Positions 42,425 to 50,014 of a stretch of 53,615 nucleotides of DNA are shown piece after piece. A model generated the notes under the pieces. The model saw nothing but the letters and a program-made list of their open reading frames with translations. It was not told the DNA's origin and did no database searches. Source of the stretch: a virus; the IMG/VR virus record IMGVR_UViG_3300045988_126023, positions 1 to 53,615 of that record, one strand, 5' to 3'. How positions within the stretch are numbered: position 1 is the first letter of the stretch; every line of letters begins with the position of its first letter. Position numbers and translations under genes: made by a program.

Positions 42425-42470
42425 ATTATAACACCATTGTGTCACAAAGTCTATTGACAAAATACACAAA
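42425..42470 (-). promoter_or_regulatory. promoter cassette Pe5 (minus strand)
   Basis: The minus strand reads TTTGTgtatTTTGTcaATAGAC-18-(ggtgt)TATAAT. Back-to-back with Pe6. Confidence 0.6.
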
Positions 42471-42484
42471 TTTAAGCCTTAAAG

Positions 42485-42529
42485 TTTGTACACTTTGCGA
42501 ATTGAAATATATCTCAAATGTGTTATAAT
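42485..42529 (+). promoter_or_regulatory. promoter cassette Pe6
   Basis: TTTGTacacTTTGCgaaTTGAAA-16-(tgtgt)TATAAT, followed by the leader aaagacacagtaaagaaagagagg. Confidence 0.65.
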
Positions 42530-42561
42530 AAAGACACAGTAAAGAAAGAGAGGTTATAAAA

Positions 42562-42747
42562 ATGAAAAGTAGTTATGCAACAGCAAAAAAAGAAGTTAAG
42601 AAGTTAGTTGTTAAATATGGCATAGACGGTATTATGAATTATCATCTTAACGAAATAAGAGAAAGAACAGGCGTAAGCGTTACCGAGTTGCAAAACGCTT
42701 GCAGTTATTTCAGATATTCGCCCAAAACAGCGAAGTACAGAGCATAA
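42562..42747 (+). CDS. hypothetical protein
   Basis: 61 aa. First gene of the Pe6 cassette. Confidence 0.55.
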   Translation: MKSSYATAKKEVKKLVVKYGIDGIMNYHLNEIRERTGVSVTELQNACSYFRYSPKTAKYRA

Positions 42748-42762
42748 CGGGGGGCGCAGACA

Positions 42763-42924
42763 ATGAGAACGGTTAAAGTAATATATAGCAACGGTGACAG
42801 CGAAATAACACGAATAAACGGCACAGAGGCCGAAATAAGAGCCTATTATATAGGCAAGGTATTCAATATAGGCGTTTATACTGATTTGCTTGTAAAGGCG
42901 GTCAGCGTTGAATTTTTGGCGTGA
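42763..42924 (+). CDS. hypothetical protein (53 aa), below the ORF-track cut-off
   Basis: MRTVKVIYSNGDSEITRINGTEAEIRAYYIGKVFNIGVYTDLLVKAVSVEFLA, with a GGGGGG SD. Confidence 0.45.
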   Translation: MRTVKVIYSNGDSEITRINGTEAEIRAYYIGKVFNIGVYTDLLVKAVSVEFLA

Positions 42925-42937
42925 GGGGTGCGACAAC

Positions 42938-43213
42938 ATGACATTTGAATTCACAGTAAAAAGAGAGCGTAGCAGCGTAACGCAGGGCAGCGCAACGGTT
43001 TATTTGAACGGAGAAAAGGTTTTGACTTTTGCAGACGAAATAAAGCTCATAAAAGACGGTCAGACCTGTTACGGTGAAAATATAGGCGGCTGGGCGAGTA
43101 CAACACCTGACAGCGATTTTATAAACGCAACTTTATATCACCCGCTTGACAGCGTATACCATTTCAGCGACAAGATAAAAGAGATTATAAAAAGGCAGGG
43201 GGCGACGGTATGA
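42938..43213 (+). CDS. hypothetical protein
   Basis: 91 aa from the ATG after GAGGGGTG. Confidence 0.5.
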   Translation: MTFEFTVKRERSSVTQGSATVYLNGEKVLTFADEIKLIKDGQTCYGENIGGWASTTPDSDFINATLYHPLDSVYHFSDKIKEIIKRQGATV

Positions 43214-43389
43214 CAATAAATACAAAATATGATTTAGGGCAAGAGGTGTATTATGGCGATAAATACAACCGACAAAAAGGCGAAATTTTAGAGATAATCA
43301 TTGACGGCACATTCAACAACATTCCGAAATATGTAATAGAATATAACGGTAATATATGGGCAGAAGATGAAATCAGCGGCAAAGAATAA
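43210..43389 (+). CDS. hypothetical protein (59 aa), below the ORF-track cut-off
   Basis: ATGA overlap with the previous gene. MTINTKYDLGQEVYYGDKYNRQKGEILEIIIDG... Confidence 0.45.
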   Translation: MTINTKYDLGQEVYYGDKYNRQKGEILEIIIDGTFNNIPKYVIEYNGNIWAEDEISGKE

Positions 43390-43406
43390 ATAAAAAGGCA
43401 ACAGAC

Positions 43407-43440
43407 AAAAGCGGTTGAGCAAATCAACCGTTTTTTTGTG
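43407..43440 (+). terminator. rho-independent terminator closing the moron island
   Basis: aaaagcggttga-gcaaa-tcaaccgttttttt. Confidence 0.8.
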
Positions 43441-43480
43441 TTGTTTTTTCTCATAAAGCAAAAAGAAAGGGGCTGTTATA

Positions 43481-43882
43481 ATGGCAAACCCAAAAGGCAA
43501 CCCGCAAAACCTACAGCCCGTGCAAAGCAAAAAAGAAGCAATAAAGCGAGGGCGAAACGGTGGTAAGAAGTCGGGCGAGGTTAGACGGCAACGAAAACAA
43601 GCTAAAGAGTGTATGAATATGCTGTTATCTCTTGACGCAAAAGGCAGAAAAAGCAAAGAGCTTATGACGAATTTAGGCATAGCGGACAAAGAACAACAAA
43701 ACATAATGCTTTTAATGTCAACGCTGTTTATGAAAGCTGCAACAACAGGAGAACCGAACGCAGTAAAAGCCGTGCTTGAGATAGCAGGGGAATTGGAGGA
43801 AAAGCAAGCGGGAGGCAACGAAAAGCCCGTTATCAATATCAATGTATCAGAAGCGACGATAGAAGATACAAAAGAGCAATAA
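43481..43882 (+). CDS. terminase small subunit (putative)
   Basis: 133 aa with a basic N-terminus, MANPKGNPQNLQPVQSKKEAIKRGRNGGKKSG. Directly upstream of terL. Confidence 0.5.
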   Translation: MANPKGNPQNLQPVQSKKEAIKRGRNGGKKSGEVRRQRKQAKECMNMLLSLDAKGRKSKELMTNLGIADKEQQNIMLLMSTLFMKAATTGEPNAVKAVLEIAGELEEKQAGGNEKPVININVSEATIEDTKEQ

Positions 43883-43908
43883 AGAGGGTGTAAAAAACGG
43901 ATATAAAT

Positions 43909-45123
43909 GTGAAGATAAACCCCGCTTATTTTCAATATTTGAGTAAAAACCAGTTTGTTCAAATATTCTTTGGCGGTTCATCAAGCGGCAAATCCTATTT
44001 TTTAGCACAAAAGGTTGTCTTGGATAACATTAACGGCGTAAACTGGCTTGTTTGCCGTAATGTAGCGAGTACCATAAACAAATCTACATACAACGAAGTG
44101 TGCAAGGCCATTTCAAATATGGGGCTTATGGAATACTACAAAATCAACAAATCAAGTATGACTATTACTTGCACTCTGAACGGGCGGCAAATTCTGTTTG
44201 CAGGCTTGGACGACGCTGAGAAAATCAAGTCAATCACGCCCGCTGACAGCGTATTACATAGAGTATGGATAGAAGAAGCTACAGAGGTAAAGTATTCGGC
44301 ATATAAGCAGCTTACAAAGCGCTTGAGAGGTCACAGCGACATTTCAAAGTGCGTTATTTTGTCATTTAACCCTATTTTAAAGTCGCATTGGATATATAAA
44401 ACCTTTTTCGGCGCTTGGGTAGATGATAAAAACTACTATGAAGATGAAAACCTCTCAATCTTAAAGACGACATACAAGGATAATTTGTTTTTGACTGCTG
44501 ATGATATAAAGCAGTTAGAAGATGAAACAGACCCGTATTATTACAATGTTTATTCTCTGGGAAACTGGGGAATTCTCGGCCATGTTATTTTTAGAAATTG
44601 GCGAGTAGAAGATTTAAGCGAACAGATACCGCAGTTTGACCGTATATTTTGCGGCTGCGACTTTGGTTTTTCGAGTGACCCGAACGCCTTAATTAAAGTG
44701 CATTTAGATAAAACCCGTAAAAAGATTTATGTGTTTGACGAATGGTATCAAGCAGGAATGACAGATGATGAATTGCTGCAAGTATGCAATAAATTTGTAG
44801 GTAATCAGTATGTCACTTGCGACAGTGCCGAGCCTAAAACAATAGATTATCTTGCTTCAAACGGAATAAAGGCCGTCGGTGCGGTGAAAGGCGCTGACAG
44901 TATAAACAGAGGTATTCGGTGGCTACAAGGCTATGAAATTATTGTTGATGTTCATTGCCAAAACTTCAAGAACGAGATAGAACAATACCACTGGGCAGAA
45001 GATAAGTTCGGAAATGCTATGGCGAGACCTGTAGATATGAACAACCATTTAATTGACGCTTTGCGGTATGCGCTGTGTGATGAAATTCTGGCCGCAGAAG
45101 TGCAGGCGGGGAGAAGAATATAA
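43909..45123 (+). CDS. terminase large subunit (PBSX-type)
   Basis: GTG start. Walker A FFGGSSSGKSYFLAQK. Acidic nuclease motifs in the C-terminal half (CGCDFGFSSDP, HLIDALRYAL). Confidence 0.85.
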   Translation: MKINPAYFQYLSKNQFVQIFFGGSSSGKSYFLAQKVVLDNINGVNWLVCRNVASTINKSTYNEVCKAISNMGLMEYYKINKSSMTITCTLNGRQILFAGLDDAEKIKSITPADSVLHRVWIEEATEVKYSAYKQLTKRLRGHSDISKCVILSFNPILKSHWIYKTFFGAWVDDKNYYEDENLSILKTTYKDNLFLTADDIKQLEDETDPYYYNVYSLGNWGILGHVIFRNWRVEDLSEQIPQFDRIFCGCDFGFSSDPNALIKVHLDKTRKKIYVFDEWYQAGMTDDELLQVCNKFVGNQYVTCDSAEPKTIDYLASNGIKAVGAVKGADSINRGIRWLQGYEIIVDVHCQNFKNEIEQYHWAEDKFGNAMARPVDMNNHLIDALRYALCDEILAAEVQAGRRI

Positions 45124-45428
45124 TGGAAATACGAACATTATGTTTAAGGTGCAAAAGCGCATACGAGGGCGCAGGATATAAGGTCTATAAAATAAGTAAT
45201 CAAACCATAAAAGGCGAGTGTGATTTATGCTCAAGAGCGGGCTATGACTACTATATCAAAGAAGAAAAACAGCGAGGTAATATAATGTGTTCTCACTCAT
45301 GGCAAAAGATAAATGATGTTTTTGTGTGTACGAGGTGCGGAATAACCCGAACCTTTGACGGCAAAATCATTTTTGACCGCAAAATAGTAAACTACAAACC
45401 CAAAAAAAGAAAGAACAAAAAGAGGTAA
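45123..45428 (+). CDS. zinc-ribbon protein inserted between terL and the portal gene
   Basis: Two CxxC...CxxC units (CLRCK..CDLC; CSHSW..CTRCG) and a Lys-rich tail. Confidence 0.5.
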   Translation: MEIRTLCLRCKSAYEGAGYKVYKISNQTIKGECDLCSRAGYDYYIKEEKQRGNIMCSHSWQKINDVFVCTRCGITRTFDGKIIFDRKIVNYKPKKRKNKKR

Positions 45429-45432
45429 AAAT

Positions 45433-46890
45433 ATGGCAAGAAATAAACGGCAATACTATCCAGATTTGACGGCTTTTGTTGACGAAATCGAAAAAAACGG
45501 TATAACTCCCGTGCTGCTTTCCAAAATCATTGAGAGGCATAGACCAAATGCACGATATAACGAAGCTTTGTTTAATAGGTATGCCACAATGGACGGCGCT
45601 TTACCTATTCAAAAGCGTAAACCGAGATTTGAAGAAAGCAAGCCTATAAACAACAAAATCAATAACGACTTTTTCAGCGAAATCGTAGACTTTAAAACGG
45701 GCTATTTTGCGGGTGAGCCGATTGCATACGGCTATAGCAAAAGCGATGAAGCCGAAGATGTGACAGGCGGTAAAGAAGCTGTTGACGCAGCAACAAAGGC
45801 ATTGACAGACTTTACAACCCGCAGCAATATGTACGGTGTGGATATGGAAACAACCAAATATGCAAGTATCTATGGCTATGCTGGCCGATTATTCTATATA
45901 GACACCGAGGGCAATGAAAGAGTAATGCCCGTACACGGATTCCAGACTATTATACTATCGAAAACCGATATATCAGAGCCACAGTATGCAATACGCTATT
46001 ACAAAACATACGACATTAACAACGTTGAAACATGGATAGTAGAATTTTACGACGATAAAAACATTTATACTTTCAAGGGCTATTTGTCGCAGCTCCAACA
46101 AGACGGAGAGCCTAAACCGCATATGTTTGACTATTGCCCGTTACAAGGAATTGCAAACAACAAAGAAATGATGGGCGACGCTGAAAAGGTGCTTTCGCTT
46201 ATTGACGATTATGACAAAGTTTTGTCTGACAATTCAAATGAGGTCGAAGCTTTTGTACACGCCTATTTGATTTTTGAGGGCTTACGCATTGACGACAAAA
46301 CAATTGAAGAAGGGCAAAAGAGCGGCTCTTTTGTATTTCCCGCAAGCGGAACACAGCAAGGTAAAGCATATTTCCTTACAAAAGACATCAATGACGCTTT
46401 TACAGAGCACCATTTACAGCGTTTAGAGGATAATATATATCGTTTTTCTCGTACTCCCAACCTGACAGATGAAACCTTTGGAGACGCAAGCGGTGTAAGC
46501 CTTAAATTTAAGCTGCACGGCTTGGAGACAAAGTGCGGAATGTTCGAGGCCAAAATGTTAGACGCTGCACAGTATATGTTTAAAGTGCTTGCGAGTGCGT
46601 GGAGAAAAAAGGCTATACAGTTTGACCCGTTGCAAGCGACACTTGAATTTAGCCGTAATTTCCCGCTCGACAAATTAAGTGAAGCACAGGCGGCACAGGC
46701 ACAAATAGCCGCAGGGTTGCCGAAAGAGTGGGTATTCGCTCAGATTTCGGGCATTGATGATGTTGATTACATTATGGAACTGCTTGAAAGAGAAAAAGAA
46801 GATGTAACGTCAATGTATGAAAACAACGAAACAAACGAAACAGACAACAAAAAGCCAAATGAAAAGCAGGCCAGCAATGAGCAGCTTTAA
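45433..46890 (+). CDS. portal protein (SPP1 gp6-like)
   Basis: 485 aa downstream of terL. FFSEIVDFKTGYFAGEPIAYGY motif. Acidic/Asn-rich tail. Confidence 0.75.
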   Translation: MARNKRQYYPDLTAFVDEIEKNGITPVLLSKIIERHRPNARYNEALFNRYATMDGALPIQKRKPRFEESKPINNKINNDFFSEIVDFKTGYFAGEPIAYGYSKSDEAEDVTGGKEAVDAATKALTDFTTRSNMYGVDMETTKYASIYGYAGRLFYIDTEGNERVMPVHGFQTIILSKTDISEPQYAIRYYKTYDINNVETWIVEFYDDKNIYTFKGYLSQLQQDGEPKPHMFDYCPLQGIANNKEMMGDAEKVLSLIDDYDKVLSDNSNEVEAFVHAYLIFEGLRIDDKTIEEGQKSGSFVFPASGTQQGKAYFLTKDINDAFTEHHLQRLEDNIYRFSRTPNLTDETFGDASGVSLKFKLHGLETKCGMFEAKMLDAAQYMFKVLASAWRKKAIQFDPLQATLEFSRNFPLDKLSEAQAAQAQIAAGLPKEWVFAQISGIDDVDYIMELLEREKEDVTSMYENNETNETDNKKPNEKQASNEQL

Positions 46891-46915
46891 AATCAAGTAG
46901 AAAGGGGGTTTTATA

Positions 46916-48493
46916 TTGCCTGAATCAAAAACGAGCCTTAATGAAATGCTTTATGATGTTAAGCGGATTGCAAATCATAGAGAGCAGTTAAGCGAAAAGA
47001 AAATAAAGTCAATATATAGCTCCCTTATGAAAGATTTAAGGGCTTTTTTGGGTGAGAGCTATGAAAAGTACAGCGACAGTGACGGGCGTTTTTATTTATC
47101 ATACTTAGACGCACAAAACAAAAGAGCAAAATTCTTACAAGAAATAGCCGAAAGGATAGACACTATTTCGCCCAAACTCAAAAAGGAAATGCTTGACCTT
47201 GTAGATGATACATACAAAAGATGTTATGAGGGTATGTCTGAGGCCGTCAGAACCGCCGACACAAGGCGAAAGCTGGTAAATGCAACAAAGGACTTGAGTG
47301 TTCAGCCAGACGAGCTAAAACAGGCTGTAAACAACAATATAGACAAGCTGACATTGCCCGCCGTAATGGAAAAGCACCGTGCAGAGGTTATATATCAAGT
47401 GCAGCAGGCTTTGACAATAGGCCTGATAAACGGCGATAGGTACGAGCAAATGGCAAAGCGCATTTCTGAGCGGGTCGGTGTAAGTGAAACAAAAGCCCGC
47501 AATATAGCCCGCACAGAGAGCCACAGAAATGTTGAGAGCGGGTTTATGGATTGTGCTGAGCATATACAGAAAGGTATTGACGGCAGCGATTATATTTATG
47601 CTGCAACTTGGCACAACATGGGCGACGAAAGAGTTAGGCCACAGCAAAGGCGCAAGACAAAAAAAGGCTGGAAAACTACACTAAGCAGAAATGGCGCAAA
47701 CCATATTATAATGGAGGGGCAGACCGTTAAAGTCGGTGACGAGTTTAATTTAGGCGGTGGCGTTAAAGCAAAAGCCCCGTCAAAAAGCGGTGTAGCGGCT
47801 CATGACTGTAATTGCCGTTGCTTTCTTGAATACAATCTAATGACATTAGCGGAATTTGAAAAAGCAAGCGGTAAGACCGTTAAAACCGCAAGTATTAACA
47901 GCGCTATCAAACGACAAATGAATGATAACGGCATAGCAAACCTTGAGCTACAACGAACTACGGACACAGTAGCATTTGATAAGGCAATAAGAGAAATGAA
48001 AAAGCAAGGCGGGGCGGCGGCTTGTGTTGATACTCACCCGCTCGAAGAACTAAAAGACTTTAAACTGTTTCTTTCTGAAAATCAAATGGCAGGTGTAGCG
48101 GTTAAGCCTGACGGGGATATAACAGCAGTATTCAAAAGCGCAGATTACAAGGTAAAAGGTGGCGTAAATGACCTCATTATAACAGCAAGGGCAAACGGCG
48201 GCGAAAAAATGGATTGTTACGGCAGCTTTCTTGTGAACTCATATGAAAAATGCGGGTATAAACCTGTTGCCCGAATACCGTTTAATGCTGATTATGTGGA
48301 CGACGCTTATTTGCTTGCTACAAAGCCAGATGTTTACATAATGATGAAAAACACGGACGACTTAGAAACCGTTATAATGAAAAACGCAAAAAAATTATAT
48401 AAAACCTCTACACAAGAAATGCTCGATAACTTACCGACATTTACAGATTATGACGCAGGCCTGAAATATCGTAATACGCTTTTAGCAAAGTAG
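46916..48493 (+). CDS. MuF / SPP1 gp7-like minor head protein with a GNAT-like C-terminal module
   Basis: MuF core ARNIARTESHRNVESGF...ERVRPQQ...AAHDCNCRCFLEY (aa ~150-305). aa ~345-480, AGVAVKPDGDITAVFKS..VKGGVNDLIITARANGGEKMDCYGSFLVNSYEKCGYKPVARIPF, looks like a GNAT motif A. Confidence 0.75.
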   Translation: MPESKTSLNEMLYDVKRIANHREQLSEKKIKSIYSSLMKDLRAFLGESYEKYSDSDGRFYLSYLDAQNKRAKFLQEIAERIDTISPKLKKEMLDLVDDTYKRCYEGMSEAVRTADTRRKLVNATKDLSVQPDELKQAVNNNIDKLTLPAVMEKHRAEVIYQVQQALTIGLINGDRYEQMAKRISERVGVSETKARNIARTESHRNVESGFMDCAEHIQKGIDGSDYIYAATWHNMGDERVRPQQRRKTKKGWKTTLSRNGANHIIMEGQTVKVGDEFNLGGGVKAKAPSKSGVAAHDCNCRCFLEYNLMTLAEFEKASGKTVKTASINSAIKRQMNDNGIANLELQRTTDTVAFDKAIREMKKQGGAAACVDTHPLEELKDFKLFLSENQMAGVAVKPDGDITAVFKSADYKVKGGVNDLIITARANGGEKMDCYGSFLVNSYEKCGYKPVARIPFNADYVDDAYLLATKPDVYIMMKNTDDLETVIMKNAKKLYKTSTQEMLDNLPTFTDYDAGLKYRNTLLAK

Positions 48494-48593
48494 TTATAAG
48501 CGCAAAGTTGAAAAAGAGGTAATTGACGTTCAGAAAAAGGCGTCCAAAGAGGGAATAAAAGTCGCTGTTACAAAAGAAGATGTCACAGAGAAT

Positions 48594-49007
48594 ATGCGTG
48601 ATGTTGTTCGTTATACCTGCTTGAGTGAAAAAGGCGACCTTGTAAAAGATTATAATAAAATTATGGGTACTCTTGAAAATGACGGTTATAAGGTTGTAAG
48701 GGTAAAGAACACATTTAAGCCCGACGCACCATATAAGGGAATAAACACGATTGTTCAAGACCCAGACGGCTATAACTTTGAACTGCAATTCCATACCCCG
48801 CAGAGCTTTGAATTAAAGAACGGTATATTACATGAACTCTATGAAAAAGAGCGGCTTGTTACAACGCCACAGGCTGAAAAGGTAATCTTACAAAAGCGAA
48901 TGAAAGAAATCTCAGACAGCATTGTTTTCCCTGATAATGTTGATAAGATTAAGGCCTTTAATGATTTACCTGACTTATTAGAGAAATTAGCCAAAAAAAC
49001 AAAGTAA
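48594..49007 (+). CDS. RelA/SpoT-homologue (toxSAS-like) nucleotide pyrophosphokinase domain, N-terminally truncated or frame-broken
   Basis: DVVRYT, PYKGINTIV, ELQFHT and HELYEKER align with the SAS motifs D-x-x-G-x-R, GYRSxH, EIQIRT and H..YK. The frame is open back to 48486 (YKRKVEKEVIDVQKKASKEG) with no start codon or SD. Confidence 0.6.
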   Translation: MRDVVRYTCLSEKGDLVKDYNKIMGTLENDGYKVVRVKNTFKPDAPYKGINTIVQDPDGYNFELQFHTPQSFELKNGILHELYEKERLVTTPQAEKVILQKRMKEISDSIVFPDNVDKIKAFNDLPDLLEKLAKKTK

Positions 49008-49009
49008 AG

Positions 49010-49055
49010 TTTGTGCATTATGCGAATAGACTTTATACTGCAAAAGTGTTATAAT
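49010..49055 (+). promoter_or_regulatory. promoter cassette Pe7
   Basis: TTTGTgcatTATGCgaATAGAC-18-(agtgt)TATAAT, starting 3 nt after the stop of the RSH-like ORF. Confidence 0.6.
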
Positions 49056-49104
49056 AAGCTTGCAAGGTGAGAGAGACAACACCGAGCAGAAAGAGGTATT
49101 TATT

Positions 49105-49287
49105 ATGAAAGACTATGTTGTAAGAATTTTAAACTATACCGACGATATTATAGCTGGCGCAATAGTAAAGGCACGAAATAAAAAAGAGGCGATAGAAGCT
49201 TATAAGCGAGAACACCCTATAGAATCAAAATATATGTCAATCTATGATAGATTTGCAGTTTATGAATACGGCACAATTTTCAAATAA
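49105..49287 (+). CDS. hypothetical protein (60 aa), first gene of the Pe7 cassette
   Basis: The ATG follows AGAAAGAGG. MKDYVVRILNYTDDIIAGAIVKARNKKEAIEAYKREHP... Confidence 0.5.
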   Translation: MKDYVVRILNYTDDIIAGAIVKARNKKEAIEAYKREHPIESKYMSIYDRFAVYEYGTIFK

Positions 49288-49311
49288 TGTGATAAAGAAA
49301 GGGGTAAGTAT

Positions 49312-49512
49312 ATGCGATACTATGAAACTACAGCCGACCTATTAAGAGTTGACGACAGCGGCACTATTGAGCAGTACGACATTGATTTGAAGATGTGGCG
49401 ACCTGCTGACAGCGGTATGAGTGGCATTTATAGCGGTGATATTGAATGTACTGAAATAAGCAAGGCCGAAGCTGATAAAGCGCTCAAAAGGTGGGCTGCT
49501 AATGCTGATTAG
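49312..49512 (+). CDS. hypothetical protein (66 aa), translationally coupled to the hydrolase
   Basis: AAAGGGG SD. The stop overlaps the start of 49502..49918. Confidence 0.5.
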   Translation: MRYYETTADLLRVDDSGTIEQYDIDLKMWRPADSGMSGIYSGDIECTEISKAEADKALKRWAANAD

Positions 49513-49918
49513 GGCGTTTATAATTGCATATAAAGCGCACAGAGGGCAAAAAGACAAAGCGGGCAAGGCATATATATTGCACCCCGTTTTTGTTGCTATG
49601 CACACAAAGGGCATTAAGCGAAAAACCGTTGCATTGTTGCATGATGTTGTGGAAGATACCGAAATCACATTTGAAGATTTAAAACGAAAAGGATTTGATG
49701 ATGAAATAGTGAGAGCGGTACAGGCTATAACCAAAATCAAAGGTGAAAATTATCAAGACTATTTGCAGCGGGTAAAACAAAACACCATTGCAAAAGATGT
49801 AAAATTGGCTGATTTGCAGCACAATAGCGACTTGCACAGAATTAAAAAAGTAACAGAAAGTGACATTATAAGAAATCAGAAATATCAAGCTGCTATTCTT
49901 TACCTTAGTACAGCATAA
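49502..49918 (+). CDS. small alarmone hydrolase (HD-domain (p)ppGpp/(p)ppApp hydrolase, Mesh1/SAH-like)
   Basis: AHRGQKDKAGKAYILHPVFVA, ALLHDVVEDT and KLADLQHN give the H...H-x-x-x-x-x-x-HD...D layout of the RelA/SpoT hydrolase domain. 138 aa, single domain. Confidence 0.8.
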   Translation: MLIRAFIIAYKAHRGQKDKAGKAYILHPVFVAMHTKGIKRKTVALLHDVVEDTEITFEDLKRKGFDDEIVRAVQAITKIKGENYQDYLQRVKQNTIAKDVKLADLQHNSDLHRIKKVTESDIIRNQKYQAAILYLSTA

Positions 49919-50014
49919 TAAACAAAATAGTTTTGAAATCTTGCTCATAATATTGTCTATTTTGTCAATTTACTAAAAAAGTAATAAATGTTATAATAGT
50001 ATAGAGGTGAAATT

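Noticed and set aside
48483-48497. Stop-codon reassignment (TAG or TGA read through) as an explanation for the MuF/RSH break.
   Set aside because: Reading TAG 48491 as sense runs into TAA two codons later, in the wrong frame. All three stop codons end recognisable domains elsewhere and are followed by SD-ATG restarts, so the standard code applies.
49961-49997. The promoter upstream of 50015, and the TATAAT at 34332-34337, as additional members of the TTTGT-N4-TTTGC family.
   Set aside because: They contain a TTTGT, but the second half-site and the fixed distance to the -35/-10 are not kept. They are treated as ordinary extended -10 promoters at best.
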